Virus record (IMG/VR): IMGVR_UViG_3300026382_000001
Direction: 5' to 3' (one strand)
DNA from: a virus
Lineage: Duplodnaviria; Heunggongvirae; Uroviricota; Caudoviricetes
Length of the DNA: 64,000 nucleotides
The position numbers and the translations under genes are program-made. Shown here piece after piece: positions 45,264 to 57,000 of this stretch. The notes under the pieces were generated by a model. That model did no database searches. It was not told where the DNA came from and saw only the letters and a program-made list of their open reading frames with translations. Every line of letters starts with the position of its first letter. Position 1 is the first letter of the stretch.

Positions 45264-45285
45264 GAATTCCGGAATTCCGGAATTC
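45264..45285. repeat. perfect 22-bp palindrome GAATTCCGGAATTCCGGAATTC (three overlapping GAATTCC units) just 3' of the minus-strand gene end
   Basis: Read from the sequence. Confidence 0.8.
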
Positions 45286-45295
45286 TAAAAATTAT

Positions 45296-45808
45296 TTAAT
45301 TTTCAATTTTATTAACTAATGGGCCCTTTCTACGGTACTTTGTTCCTATGGATTGGATAAGACCAACCTCATAATCTAAAAGTTCTTTAGCGTCATTAAA
45401 GACCTGATGGATAACGATCCAGTTCAATTGATATTCTTTCCAATCATGTGGAACTCCTATATCATTGTTCTTTTTCGCTCTTTCCATATTTTTTTCTATT
45501 TCTTTAAATTTTTCAACTTTTAAAACATTATGTTCTTTATTTTTTAAGTAAGATTGTATATGTTGATTATGTCTATAACCAGCACCTCTAGAGGCTTTAC
45601 CAACGTAAATAGGTTCATATGCACTACAATATGGTTTACCATCTGGAGCCTTAATATCAAAAGCTTTATTCAATTTTTTAAAAGGATCTAAATAAATATA
45701 AATATAAAATTGATATCTGTTATAATTGAAATTATCTATTTTTGGATAAATTTTATAAAGTTTTAATAAGTTCATATTATTACAAGTGCTTTTGATATTT
45801 TGGTTCAT
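45296..45808 (-). CDS. hypothetical protein (possible small nuclease-like, low confidence)
   Basis: 170 aa. ..EPIYVGKASRGAGYRHNQH.. is weakly reminiscent of a GIY-YIG/HNH-like core. Confidence 0.3.
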   Translation of the reverse strand: MNQNIKSTCNNMNLLKLYKIYPKIDNFNYNRYQFYIYIYLDPFKKLNKAFDIKAPDGKPYCSAYEPIYVGKASRGAGYRHNQHIQSYLKNKEHNVLKVEKFKEIEKNMERAKKNNDIGVPHDWKEYQLNWIVIHQVFNDAKELLDYEVGLIQSIGTKYRRKGPLVNKIEN

Positions 45809-45809
45809 C

Positions 45810-46178
45810 CTATACTCCTAATTTTTCAATTGTTTTTTCAGCTACAGTATCTATAAAAGAAATATCTTGAATTAAAGAATTTTGAATTTCTTTTTCAATT
45901 ATTTTTTTATCTTCTGTCAATGAAGTTTTTAAAAGTTCTAATTCTAATTTTAATTTGCTATTTTCTTTATTTAAATTATCTATCAGTTCTTTTTCGTCTT
46001 TTATAAATTTTTTTAAATTATCTATTTCGTTTTGAATTTTTTTATCCAAAGTTTTTTGAAAATAATCAGAACTTTTTTCGTAGCTTTCAAAACGAGTATT
46101 TAATTCCTTTTTAAATGTTTTTATATTATTAGAAAAATAATTTTTTAATTCTTTAAATACTTCGCTATAATTTTCCAT
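45810..46178 (-). CDS. small coiled-coil protein
   Basis: 122 aa. K/E/L-rich. Confidence 0.35.
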   Translation of the reverse strand: MENYSEVFKELKNYFSNNIKTFKKELNTRFESYEKSSDYFQKTLDKKIQNEIDNLKKFIKDEKELIDNLNKENSKLKLELELLKTSLTEDKKIIEKEIQNSLIQDISFIDTVAEKTIEKLGV

Positions 46179-46188
46179 ATTTAAATCC

Positions 46189-46383
46189 TTACTCAGTTTT
46201 AGAAGCTTCTTGCTCCATCAATAATCTTAATTCTTCTTTAGTTTTTAGAAATTCTTTTTCAAGATCTATTCCACCAAAATCAATTACTTTGCCATCCGCT
46301 TCTACTACTTTAGTATCTGTATCGTACTTGATTACTTCCGCTTCCGGAAGTAATCTTTTAAATGTGTGCATTTTTATTCTCAT
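46189..46383 (-). CDS. small hypothetical protein
   Basis: 64-aa ORF. Confidence 0.3.
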   Translation of the reverse strand: MRIKMHTFKRLLPEAEVIKYDTDTKVVEADGKVIDFGGIDLEKEFLKTKEELRLLMEQEASKTE

Positions 46384-46392
46384 AATATACCC

Positions 46393-49300
46393 TTATTTTA
46401 ATTTATAAAGTTGAGTTTTAATTAAGAATGTTATTTTATCTCGGATCAAACTTCTTAACATAATCCTAACTTCTTGTCTTTCTTTTAGAACTATTTGCCC
46501 AGATGTATTATTATAATCATCTTGAGTACAATCCATAAGATTAAACATATTTGTATCTTTTGATTTATAAATCTCATCATTATAAGTACTTTTGGTTAAA
46601 CTACCATAAGAATCAAAATCCCCTTGTGGAAGTACAAGTGCTTGACCAATGAATTCATCGACATCCGTATAATCAGTTCTCCAATTATTAACATAATTTT
46701 CAGTACTAATATTAAAATTATATACACCTGCATCTAAAACAATACTTCTCATATTTTGCCAATCAGTATTCTTAACAGTAATGTACTGAGAACTTCTTAA
46801 TGTATTCTTTTCCGTTCTTAATTCTGGTAAATTTGTACTAGAATTACTAGAAGTTTCCTGAATTGGTAATTCTACAGTTTCTATAAAACCATTGCTATTA
46901 GTAAGACTTAATATATTACCGGAAATATCTAAAGCTTTACCATCTTCAGCTAATCCAACATAATCAGTTTTAAGAACTAAATCTGTAATTGGTTTACCAT
47001 TTAAAGTACTTGCGTTGGAAGCTTTTGAAACTATTTTTCTACCAGTTAATATATCGTTAAAATTATTTTCTAATTCTAATTCTTTATCAGTACTTCTTTT
47101 AATCTCGTCTTCTATTTTATTATCTAGTATTTTTTCAGCCGCTATAGCACGTTTTTCTTCTTTTTCTATTTTTTCTTTAATATCTGAATCATCGTATTCA
47201 ACAACATTTCCAGAAATTCCAGAATTAATTAAATTAGATAATTTAACATCTAATTCATTTAAATCAGAAGTTAATGTAACTATATTGTCAGTAAGAACAT
47301 CAGTTCTTGAAATACTGTCTATTTTTAAAGCCGATGTACTAGCAGCATTTTCAGCAATTGCTTGTTCTAAATTAATATTTTTAGATTGAACATCTTCTAA
47401 AGTATCTTTAATAGTATTTAAATCGGAAAGTACTTGTGTTAAAGCTTCCGTTTTAGTTTCTAATGAACTTAAACGTTCTCTATTAGCAGTAATTAAATCA
47501 CTAATATCTTTATTCTCGATATCTATAGAATTAATATAATCAATTACTTCGGCAAATGAATTAAGATCCATTGTACTACCATCAATAATACTAGTTATCT
47601 GATCTTTTACTTTTATAACTTCTTCTTCTAATTCTAATTCTTTAGTAATAGCTCTTTCTTCTTCTTTAGTAATTAAAGAACGAACTTCTGAATCATTATA
47701 AGCTTCGGGAATTTCTAAATTAGATAATTGAGCAATTTGGGCACTTAAAGAATCTAATGAATTGTTTATAGCTTCAATATCTTCTACAACTTGTTTTAAT
47801 TTTTCTTTATTATTATTAGATAAAGTATTAATTACCGCAATTTCTTCATTATTATTTGTAGTTTCTTCAATGGTATCTGTTTTTAACCAGTTATCGAAAT
47901 ATTTTACTCTTCTATGAACATATGTAAAATCATTATTTAAATTATTTAAATAATCTTTTAATCCTTTTATTGAATCAGTTTTCTTAACTTTTTCGTCAAT
48001 ATCTATATTTTCTAATTCAAATATTTTTTCATTAAGGCCTGTTATTTTTTCTTCAGCTTCTTTTAATTTTAGTAATACTGATTCAGTATTTGTATCTAGA
48101 ATTGTTTCAGTCGTACTTAACTTAGTTTCCGTTTGATTTAAACGTTCTTCTAAGGTTAAATGTTTTTTACCAAAATCATCAAATTTGAAATCATAATCTG
48201 CTTTTAGTTTCGCTTCAATTTCATTAATATTTTTAGTTTTTTCATTTAATAAATTGCTAAATTTAACATCCTTTAAATCCAAGGCACTTTTTAATTCTTC
48301 AATATTTTCAATAGTTTCACTATCCAATGATTTGTATTTTCTTTCAAATTTAACATCTAAGTCTTTAATATCATTTTTAGTTTTTTCTAATTTAACTCCA
48401 TGATCAGTTAAAAGGTTTTCGAGTATTTGCTCAACGTTTTTTGATCTAGTAGTTTCATTTTCAACTTTAGTATCAATTCCAGAAATACTTTCAATAATTT
48501 CTAAAATCTTTTCTATTAATTCTGCTTTAATTGATCCTTCTTCTCGAGAAGCTCTTGCAATTTCTAGAATTACTTTATTATCAACATCTTTAATAATAGC
48601 TTTTATTTCAGAAATAAGTGCTGGTAAGTGAGTATCTGAATCTAAGTTAATACTATTTACAAAATTTACTATTTCTGTAAAAGTTGTTTTATCTGCGGTA
48701 CTTGCAGTAAGTATTGAATCGATACGTGATTTTTCAATTGTTAAATCAGTATTAATTTTATCAGTTTCTAAAATACATAATCTATGTTTTTCATTGATTT
48801 CTGTTTGAAGGCGTTGTTCCTCTAAAATAGCTCTAGTTGTTTCAGTTTCAATTTTTTTATTTAATTGAATTTCTTCTTCTTTCGCTCTTTTATTTTCATT
48901 GATAATATCTTCTCTAAGAGAATTTTCATTAGTTCTTGAAGTTAATAATTCTTGATCTAATTTAACACTTAGTATATCATTTTTAGTGATACAATCTTCT
49001 TCTAAAACATCTATTTGATCCTGAAGATCATTTTCCACACCTTTAGCTCTAGAAATTTCTTGATCTACTCTAGAATTAATATAATTTTCTTCTTTTGTAG
49101 CTCTAATATTTTCTTGTGAAATTAAACTTCCAAGATATTCTTCTTTTACTTTTGCTCTATCGATTTCATTATCTAAATTATCCGAAATTTTATTTTCTTC
49201 CGTCTTAGCTCTTTGAATTTCATTTTCTAAATCAATAGTAATTTCTTTTTCTCTTTTAGAAGCTCTAGCCGTTTCAATATTTACAGAATTTTGAATAGTA

Positions 49301-50679
49301 CTTTCAGAATCAGTAGCTCTAATTATTTCGTTTTCGATTCTATCATCTAATTTTAAATAATTTGCTTTATGTTTTGAATTACAATCATCAATCTGTTCCT
49401 GGAGATATCTTTCTTCTTCTACCGCTCTATCATTTTCATCAGAAATTTTAGTATCTAAAACTTTTTCAGAATCGCTAGCTCGAACTATTTCATCTTCTAA
49501 TTCTAGCGCAATTTCTTTTTCTCTTTTAGAAGCTCTAGCCGTTTCAATATTAAGTTGATTTTGGATAACATCTTCCGAAGTCTTAGCCCTAATAATTTCC
49601 GATTCTAATCTATCATCTAAATCCTGAACAGCTTTATTATTACTAACTACATAACCAGCAAATGCAGTATCATTTTCTAAATCAACCGCCTCGATAAAAT
49701 CAACAATCTCTTTAAAAGAATCTTTATCAGTTGTACTTAAAGCCAACATACTATCAATTCTTTCAGTTTGTGTACTTAATTCATTTTTTAAAGCAATATC
49801 GGAAGCGATTCTAGATTGTTCTTCTTGGGATAGATTAAAAGTTAAAGTATTATTATTTTCAGTAATCTGATCCTGTAAATCTGCCTCGACCGCTTTTGCT
49901 CTAGAAATTTCATCATTCAAATCGGTGTGAATTTTAGTATCGTTTTCATCTATTTGATCTTGGAGATCTTGTTCCTTTGCTTTCGCTCTAGAAATTTCCG
50001 AATTAAGATTATTTGTAATATTTAATTCTGCGTCTGTAGCTCTAATAATTTCGTTTTTAATACTTGTATTTAAAATACTTTCTTGATTTTTCGCTCTAGA
50101 AATTTCAGTATTTAAATTATCTGTTATTTCTTCTTCGCTTTCTGTAGCACGATTAACTTCTCTAGAAATTAAATCCTTAATATTAGCTAATTCTGCCTGA
50201 ACTGTATCTTTATCAGCTTTAGTAAGTTTTAAATTATCAATTTGATCTTGTAAAGAAATTCTTAAAGTGTTGATAGTATCTGTTAAAGCGGCATTTAAAT
50301 CATCAATGAGTTTTTGAGCTAAAATTTTATCAATTTTTCTATCATCTAATTCATCTGTAATATTAATAAGTTCATGACGAACTTTTTCTAAGTTTTCTGC
50401 TGATTCAATTTTATCAATTTTCTTTTCATCCAATGTTTCATAATTAGAATCAATCTTGTCGTTAAGATCCGCTAAATCTTTTGCATACTCTGATTGAGTA
50501 ACGAAATCTTTAACAGCCTTTTCAAATTTTTCATCAACATACTCTAAAGTTTCCGTTTGAGTATCAGCAATTTTTTGCTCGAGATCCTGAACTTCTTTTT
50601 CAATAGTTACAAGAACATCTTGTATTTTACCATTTACATATATTGAGTTCTCGACTGCTAATTCTTGTAATAATGACAT
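46393..50679 (-). CDS. giant (1428 aa) coiled-coil tail-fibre-like protein with a C-terminal putative receptor-binding domain
   Basis: Long arrays of EISRAK/EIIRATDSE/IETARASKREKEI repeats. The last ~300 aa are non-repetitive and rich in G/N/T/Y (..TLNGKPITDL..YNFNISTENYVNNW..). Confidence 0.5.
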   Translation of the reverse strand: MSLLQELAVENSIYVNGKIQDVLVTIEKEVQDLEQKIADTQTETLEYVDEKFEKAVKDFVTQSEYAKDLADLNDKIDSNYETLDEKKIDKIESAENLEKVRHELINITDELDDRKIDKILAQKLIDDLNAALTDTINTLRISLQDQIDNLKLTKADKDTVQAELANIKDLISREVNRATESEEEITDNLNTEISRAKNQESILNTSIKNEIIRATDAELNITNNLNSEISRAKAKEQDLQDQIDENDTKIHTDLNDEISRAKAVEADLQDQITENNNTLTFNLSQEEQSRIASDIALKNELSTQTERIDSMLALSTTDKDSFKEIVDFIEAVDLENDTAFAGYVVSNNKAVQDLDDRLESEIIRAKTSEDVIQNQLNIETARASKREKEIALELEDEIVRASDSEKVLDTKISDENDRAVEEERYLQEQIDDCNSKHKANYLKLDDRIENEIIRATDSESTIQNSVNIETARASKREKEITIDLENEIQRAKTEENKISDNLDNEIDRAKVKEEYLGSLISQENIRATKEENYINSRVDQEISRAKGVENDLQDQIDVLEEDCITKNDILSVKLDQELLTSRTNENSLREDIINENKRAKEEEIQLNKKIETETTRAILEEQRLQTEINEKHRLCILETDKINTDLTIEKSRIDSILTASTADKTTFTEIVNFVNSINLDSDTHLPALISEIKAIIKDVDNKVILEIARASREEGSIKAELIEKILEIIESISGIDTKVENETTRSKNVEQILENLLTDHGVKLEKTKNDIKDLDVKFERKYKSLDSETIENIEELKSALDLKDVKFSNLLNEKTKNINEIEAKLKADYDFKFDDFGKKHLTLEERLNQTETKLSTTETILDTNTESVLLKLKEAEEKITGLNEKIFELENIDIDEKVKKTDSIKGLKDYLNNLNNDFTYVHRRVKYFDNWLKTDTIEETTNNNEEIAVINTLSNNNKEKLKQVVEDIEAINNSLDSLSAQIAQLSNLEIPEAYNDSEVRSLITKEEERAITKELELEEEVIKVKDQITSIIDGSTMDLNSFAEVIDYINSIDIENKDISDLITANRERLSSLETKTEALTQVLSDLNTIKDTLEDVQSKNINLEQAIAENAASTSALKIDSISRTDVLTDNIVTLTSDLNELDVKLSNLINSGISGNVVEYDDSDIKEKIEKEEKRAIAAEKILDNKIEDEIKRSTDKELELENNFNDILTGRKIVSKASNASTLNGKPITDLVLKTDYVGLAEDGKALDISGNILSLTNSNGFIETVELPIQETSSNSSTNLPELRTEKNTLRSSQYITVKNTDWQNMRSIVLDAGVYNFNISTENYVNNWRTDYTDVDEFIGQALVLPQGDFDSYGSLTKSTYNDEIYKSKDTNMFNLMDCTQDDYNNTSGQIVLKERQEVRIMLRSLIRDKITFLIKTQLYKLK

Positions 50680-50689
50680 ATATTTTCCT

Positions 50690-51058
50690 TTATTTTAAAT
50701 TATTTTTAAAATCTTCTATAGTACCAATATAATTTTTAAAATTGGTAATATCAGCCTTTATATTTAGTTTATCTAAATCATTAGCGTCTTTATATTCTGT
50801 ATCTCGAACTAAAAAATTTTGAAAATCGACATGAAAGCTATAAACATCCATTTTGATAATATTTAATTTCATCATTAAGTCTTTATATACTTTTCCAACT
50901 TTTGAACCTATAAAAGGTAATAATTTATCTTTAGGTACATCATCTGTATATAAAACATCCTCCTCAGAAGTATTAGTAATAATACTTCTGAGTACATTTT
51001 CGTCTTCTTTTACCATTAAATCAATTTGATCTACTGGATCATTAACTGTATCTGCCAT
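50690..51058 (-). CDS. small protein between the two fibre genes (possible fibre assembly/chaperone or adaptor)
   Basis: 122 aa. The proposed function is from position only. Confidence 0.3.
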   Translation of the reverse strand: MADTVNDPVDQIDLMVKEDENVLRSIITNTSEEDVLYTDDVPKDKLLPFIGSKVGKVYKDLMMKLNIIKMDVYSFHVDFQNFLVRDTEYKDANDLDKLNIKADITNFKNYIGTIEDFKNNLK

Positions 51059-51070
51059 AATTTATTATCC

Positions 51071-54000
51071 TTATAAGTTTTGTAAGATGAATGCGTCATC
51101 AAATTCGTCAGCACTTCCAAATTTTGGATGAGTCGCTTTATATAAAGTTTCATTAATCGCTTGAACTAAATCATCTTTGTTTTCTGTATCAAGATCATCC
51201 AAATCTCCAATCTGAGTTTGTAAATCTCTAGTGTTATCTGATAAAGTAGTGTCTAAAGTAATAAGACTATTTTTAACAGACATATTATCAATATAATTAC
51301 TTCCTGTAATAATTAAGTCATTATTATCCTCAAGTCCAATACTAACCCGCATTTGGTTATCATTAAGAATTCTGTCTTGAATTTCATCATTAACAACTTC
51401 TGTTAAATCTTTAATATCTTTAGTATTTGTATCTATATCTGATCTATTTTGACTAATTTGATCTTGAAGTAATTTTTGAACCGTATCTATTTTAAGATTT
51501 AATGCTTTAACATCATCAATTCTTTTTTGAATTTCGATATTTAAATCATTAGTTAATTTTTCAATATCTCTTATACGATCCTCGTTATTTGCATATACAA
51601 CTTCATCTAATCTATCTAAACAGCTATAAACTGTATTATTAGTACTTAGATAATGAGCGTTTAACATAGTTACGAATTCACCAAGATTATTTAATCCTGT
51701 TCCAGCAATAATATTATTTTGAATTTTTAATAAATCACTGTCTGCTTGATTAATATAAGCTACAACTTCTTCAACTGAATTTAAATCAACTGAGCTATCT
51801 TTTAGAATATCTTCTACTATTAATCTTAAATCTTGAACTTGAGTTTGAAGATTCTCTTCATCATTATTAAGAGATAATAACATATTTTGAAAATCTTGAA
51901 CTTTAGTATCTATAATTACAGATTTGTCAGTTAAGTCTTGGCTCAAATTAGCAAATTCTTGTTCTAAGGTACTTGTTTTATCATTAACTATTTCCGTAGT
52001 ACTTGCTAAAATATCAGCAGTTTGATTATTACTAGTAATAATTAATTCATTTAATTTAGAAGTAGTATTGTCAATATCATTTGCATTCATTGTTACACTA
52101 GATTCAAGTTTAGCAAATTCTACTGTACGTACTTCAACTTCTTTAGATAATTGATAATTAGTATCTTTTAATTTAAGATCCAATGTATCTACTATATTTT
52201 TGAAGTCTCCTATTTTAGTATTAACCATATCGATAATATCATTGGTAATATCTTTTACTAATTTAGTATTTTCTTCTAATCCCAAATCATTATCAGAACG
52301 CAATTGAATAATTTTAGCTTCTAAATCAAGTTCTTTAGTTTGAGCTCTATTAGATTCCTGAAGTACCACAGTACTAATTCTTGAATCAATAGTATTTAAT
52401 AAACTTTGAGTATCGAATGCATCAAGATTTATTCCATTTCCATCTGTAGAACCATTATAGGAAATTCCAGTAATGTTGCCATTTTCAATATCATTTTTAA
52501 TTTCATTATAAACATCTTGTTGGATATCTAATAATCTATTTAATGATGCTTGGACTGCAGCACTTAAATTATCATAATCTGTTACACCATCCCCTAGAAT
52601 TTCTTGAAATGTGGTCACACGATTATTAATATTTTTAGTAAATGTGTTAATTTCATCGGTATTTGTATTAATAAATGTATTAATAGTATTTAACATTGAA
52701 TCAGTTACAAATGTTCTATTAGTAATTTCTTTATTTAAAGCATTGTTTAAAGTAAGTAATTTATCTAATACCACACTGGCATTTAAATCAATATTATTTT
52801 GAAGTTCTTTTCTTAAATCAAGAATATCATTTTGACGAGCTTCAGTTTCTCTAATTAATTTAAGATTTAAATTATTATCTTCCGTAACTCTAAATGTTTT
52901 CTCACTTTGCAATGAAGAATCTATATAATTTTTAATACTGTCATAAAAACCTTGTCTAGCAGTTAATTCATTCTCTAACTTAGAAGTTAAAGTATCTATT
53001 TCTAAATTCGTATTAAATTCGGAATTTTGAATACTTGCTAATAAAGTATTTTTAAGATCATTAAATTTATTAGTATAATCTTCGGTCATTGAAGTAATTA
53101 AACCAAGGGCTTCTTGTTTAATATTTAAAATTTCTTCTTCTATATAATCTTTATTAAGATCCATATCGGCATTAACTTGAGATATTTTAAAATTAATATC
53201 ATCTTTAATATTTCTAATAATATCTGTATTTGGATCAATACTATTTAGAACATCTACGATTTTTTGGAATTCTTCTGTATCTACTAATGAACCATCTAAA
53301 ATACTTTCAACTCTAGAATTTAAATTATCTATTCTAGTGTTTGTAGCATCATCGTTATTATCAACTTTAGTTTCTAATAAATTTATTTCATTTTGAAGAT
53401 TTTCATCTTGAACTTGTCTATCTATAACTTCTTGATTAATTAGACCTTTTACTTCATTAATATTATTATTAATTTTTGTACTAGTATCATTAATTTTTAA
53501 ATTAATCGTATCTATTTTAGCATTTTGATCTACAATTGCATCTTGGATAATTACTTCAGAATCATTATTCATATTTTCTATTTTATAAACGGCTTCTTGA
53601 ATATTTTTATTACAAATTGCATATTTTTCTTCAACTGAAACCATAATAGCATCAAAATCAGTTCTAAGGTTATTAATATAATATTTTCTATCTTTTACTT
53701 CTGTAAGTAAATCAGTATTAACTGCTTCTATTAAAGTTCTAATATTGGCAAAGTCGTCATTAAGTGATTTAATAATTAAACCAGTTTGGGTATTATTATC
53801 ATTAATTGTATCAATAACTACTTCTTTAAAATTAGAATTTTCTTGAGCAACTTGAACTTTATTAGTTTCAAAATCTTGTACTAACCCTTTAAAGTCTGCT
53901 ATTCTTTCACGAATTTCATTATTTAATTGGATGCGAATAAGATTATCTTCACCAGCTCTTGCATTCATTTCATTACTAATTAAAGTATGTAATTCATCAA

Positions 54001-57000
54001 TATTATCATATACGGTTTTACTAAAATTAAGTAAATTTGTATCATTGCTAAAATCTGTACTATTAATTAAATCAACTATTTCTCTAAAAGAATTTAAATC
54101 GTCAGTGCTACCATCAAAAATAGTATTAACTGTTTGAGTTAAAGAATCTACTTGTACTTGAAGTTTAGCGTCTTCTGACGTTCTTTCGGTTCTTTCAGTA
54201 TCCAAATTTTTAGTAAAGTTTACAGTCATATTATAATTAGTAGTAATTCTTTCGCTTAAATCGCTATCTGCTTGTAGTCTTTCGTTAGTTTCTAAATTTA
54301 ATGCATTTCTTAAATCTTGGTCAGCTGTTGCTCTAGTACTTGTTTCTTGGCTTAATGCTGTTCTTACCTCTTTAATATCATTAATACGAGTTTGAATTTC
54401 AGTATTAATAGTATTTGTAGTATTAGTATTCCAAGTATTTTGCTTAATTTCATTATCCGAAACTACTTTAGATAAATCATTTACCGAATTTGTACGATCT
54501 TGAATTTCTTGATTAAGAATAATTTTAATACCATCAGTATCTTCAATTCTATCCGAGATTTCTTTATCAATTCTTGCATTTATATTAGCATCCGATTCTT
54601 TAAAAGTTGCTTCAACTGTATTAATTCTATTAGTAAATTTAGCATCTGTTTGAATCATTGCATCACGGACTTCTTTAAATGAATCTAAACTTGCATCCGA
54701 ATCCGCCATAATTTTAGAAATATCGTTAGCATTTTTATTAGCAAGTGCTTCTAATTCGATATCCTTAGTAACTGATCTATTAATTTCATCATTAATAATA
54801 GTTTCTAAAATACTATCTTGAGCTTTTCTATCTGTAGTTTCATTAGTAATAAGAGTTAAATTACTTCTGTATTCATCTTCTTGTTTTGTACTAAGATCTG
54901 AAATCGTTTTGGTAAATTTTTCTTTTTGTAATTCTGTACTAGCTTCTAAATCATTTAATTCATTTTGTAGATTATTAACTTGAGTAGTTCTCGTATTAAT
55001 TTCATTACTTAATTTATTATTTAAAAGAGCATCACCATTTTCTCTATCAACTATTTCTGAATCAATTCTAGCATTTACATCGGAATCTAATTGTTGGATA
55101 GTATTAACATTTTCTACGATTTTACCATCAAGTATTTTATCTTGAGAAATTCTATTTTGAACTTCAGTTTCTAAATTACTAACATCATTTGCTATTCTTT
55201 GACTTAATTCATCGGTAGTTACTTTAATAGCGCTTGCTAATGTATTATTATCATTTTCGGCTTTAATAATACTATCTGTAATTTTTTGACTTAATTCATT
55301 GTCACCATCTTGAATTTTAGAATAAATAACATCTAAAGTATTACTATCTTTTGGATAGTTACCAAAGAATTGATCTATAATATTATTGATACTAGAAATA
55401 TCCTGAATCATAGAATCGTGTTCCGAAGCATTTGTAGCTTCAAAAGCTTTTACATAATCCATAGTGTTATCAATATTAATTTGAAGTTCCGCTTTAGATT
55501 CGGCAATAAGATTTAACAACTCTGTTACTTTATTATCAATTTTTAAATTAGTATTATCAATTAATTCGATTACTGTATCAAGGTTTGTCTGAACAGTTTC
55601 AGTTAATGTTTCTAATCTATTTTCTTGAATTTTTAAAAGATCGTTAAAAATAATCTTTTGGTTTTCAATATTTGTATTAATTTCTTGAATAGCATTTAAT
55701 CTATCTTTAACTTCTTGTGTAATTAAGGCCGTTACCTTTTCGATGCTTTCAATGCGTAATTGAGCTTCTGTTTGAATACTTTCGGTAAGGATATCGTCGG
55801 CTTCTAATCTAAATTCGGATTCTTTATTAACTGCATCTAAAATAGTTATTTTAAAATCTTTAATATCTTGGATAAGATCAGTAAACATATTTTCTTTTTC
55901 ACCAGAAAGTTGGTTCACATAATCAAGTATTTCTTTAAGAGAATCGAATGCTTCTGTACTTCCATCAAGAACTGCTGAAAGTTTATCAGCTTGAATAGTT
56001 ATTTGATTTTGAAGATCTTTGGCTTGAGCAATTCTAGTATCAATTTCCTGAACTAGTTTATCATCTAAATTTTTAATAGCTAATGAACGAGCCTGAACTT
56101 CTTCATTAATATTAGCATTTAATTCAGTTTGAACAGAATCAAAAGTATCTTTAATAGTATTAATTAAAGCAGTATTAGCATTAATATCTTGAGTAAGGGT
56201 ATTAGTGGCAGTTTCTAAATTAATTTGTAATTCGTTATCTTTATTTCTTAATTCTTCGGTCAGAACTTTTAATTCAGTACTAGCTTTAAGAGCGTTATCA
56301 ATAATTAAACCATAATTGGTATCTACTTTATTTTCAATAAGATTTATTTTAGATGTTTTAATTTCATCCATTTCTAAGAAATCTTTATTAAGGTTATTAA
56401 TAAGAGTTCTTAAATTAGTATCATTTAATGAAATAGTATTTTTAACTTCTGTTAAACCACCTTCCAAAAGGGTTACTCTAAGATCCAAAGCGTTACATCC
56501 AATTTTTAACTGAGTATCTAGATCAGTTAGACCAGAATTTAAAGAATTAAAATTATTAGTAATAATAGTATTAAGATTTTCTAAATTAGTAACTTCAGTA
56601 TTGGCACCAGCAGTAATTGCTAAAATTTCATTTTCTAATCGTTGAACATAAGATTCTAAATTAGAAATATTAATTTGGCTAAGATTTAAAGCACTTTCAG
56701 CCGTAGTTACAGCATCTTGTACTTGATTTGAAATTACTAAATTTTTATCATTGATATCTTTAAGAATATTAGCCTTAGTATCCAACATTAAAGAATTTAA
56801 AGTATTAATAGTATTTATATTATTAGTAATTGATGTTTGTAAAACTGTTATTTGATCTTGAATACTTTCCGATGTAATCGTAGTACTATCTGTTTCAGTA
56901 CTAGCTTCAAGATTAATAATTCTAGTTTCTATTTGGGATATCGATTTATTAATTCCGAATAATTTTTTATTCATGTCTCCAGTTCTTTCGTCAAAACTTT

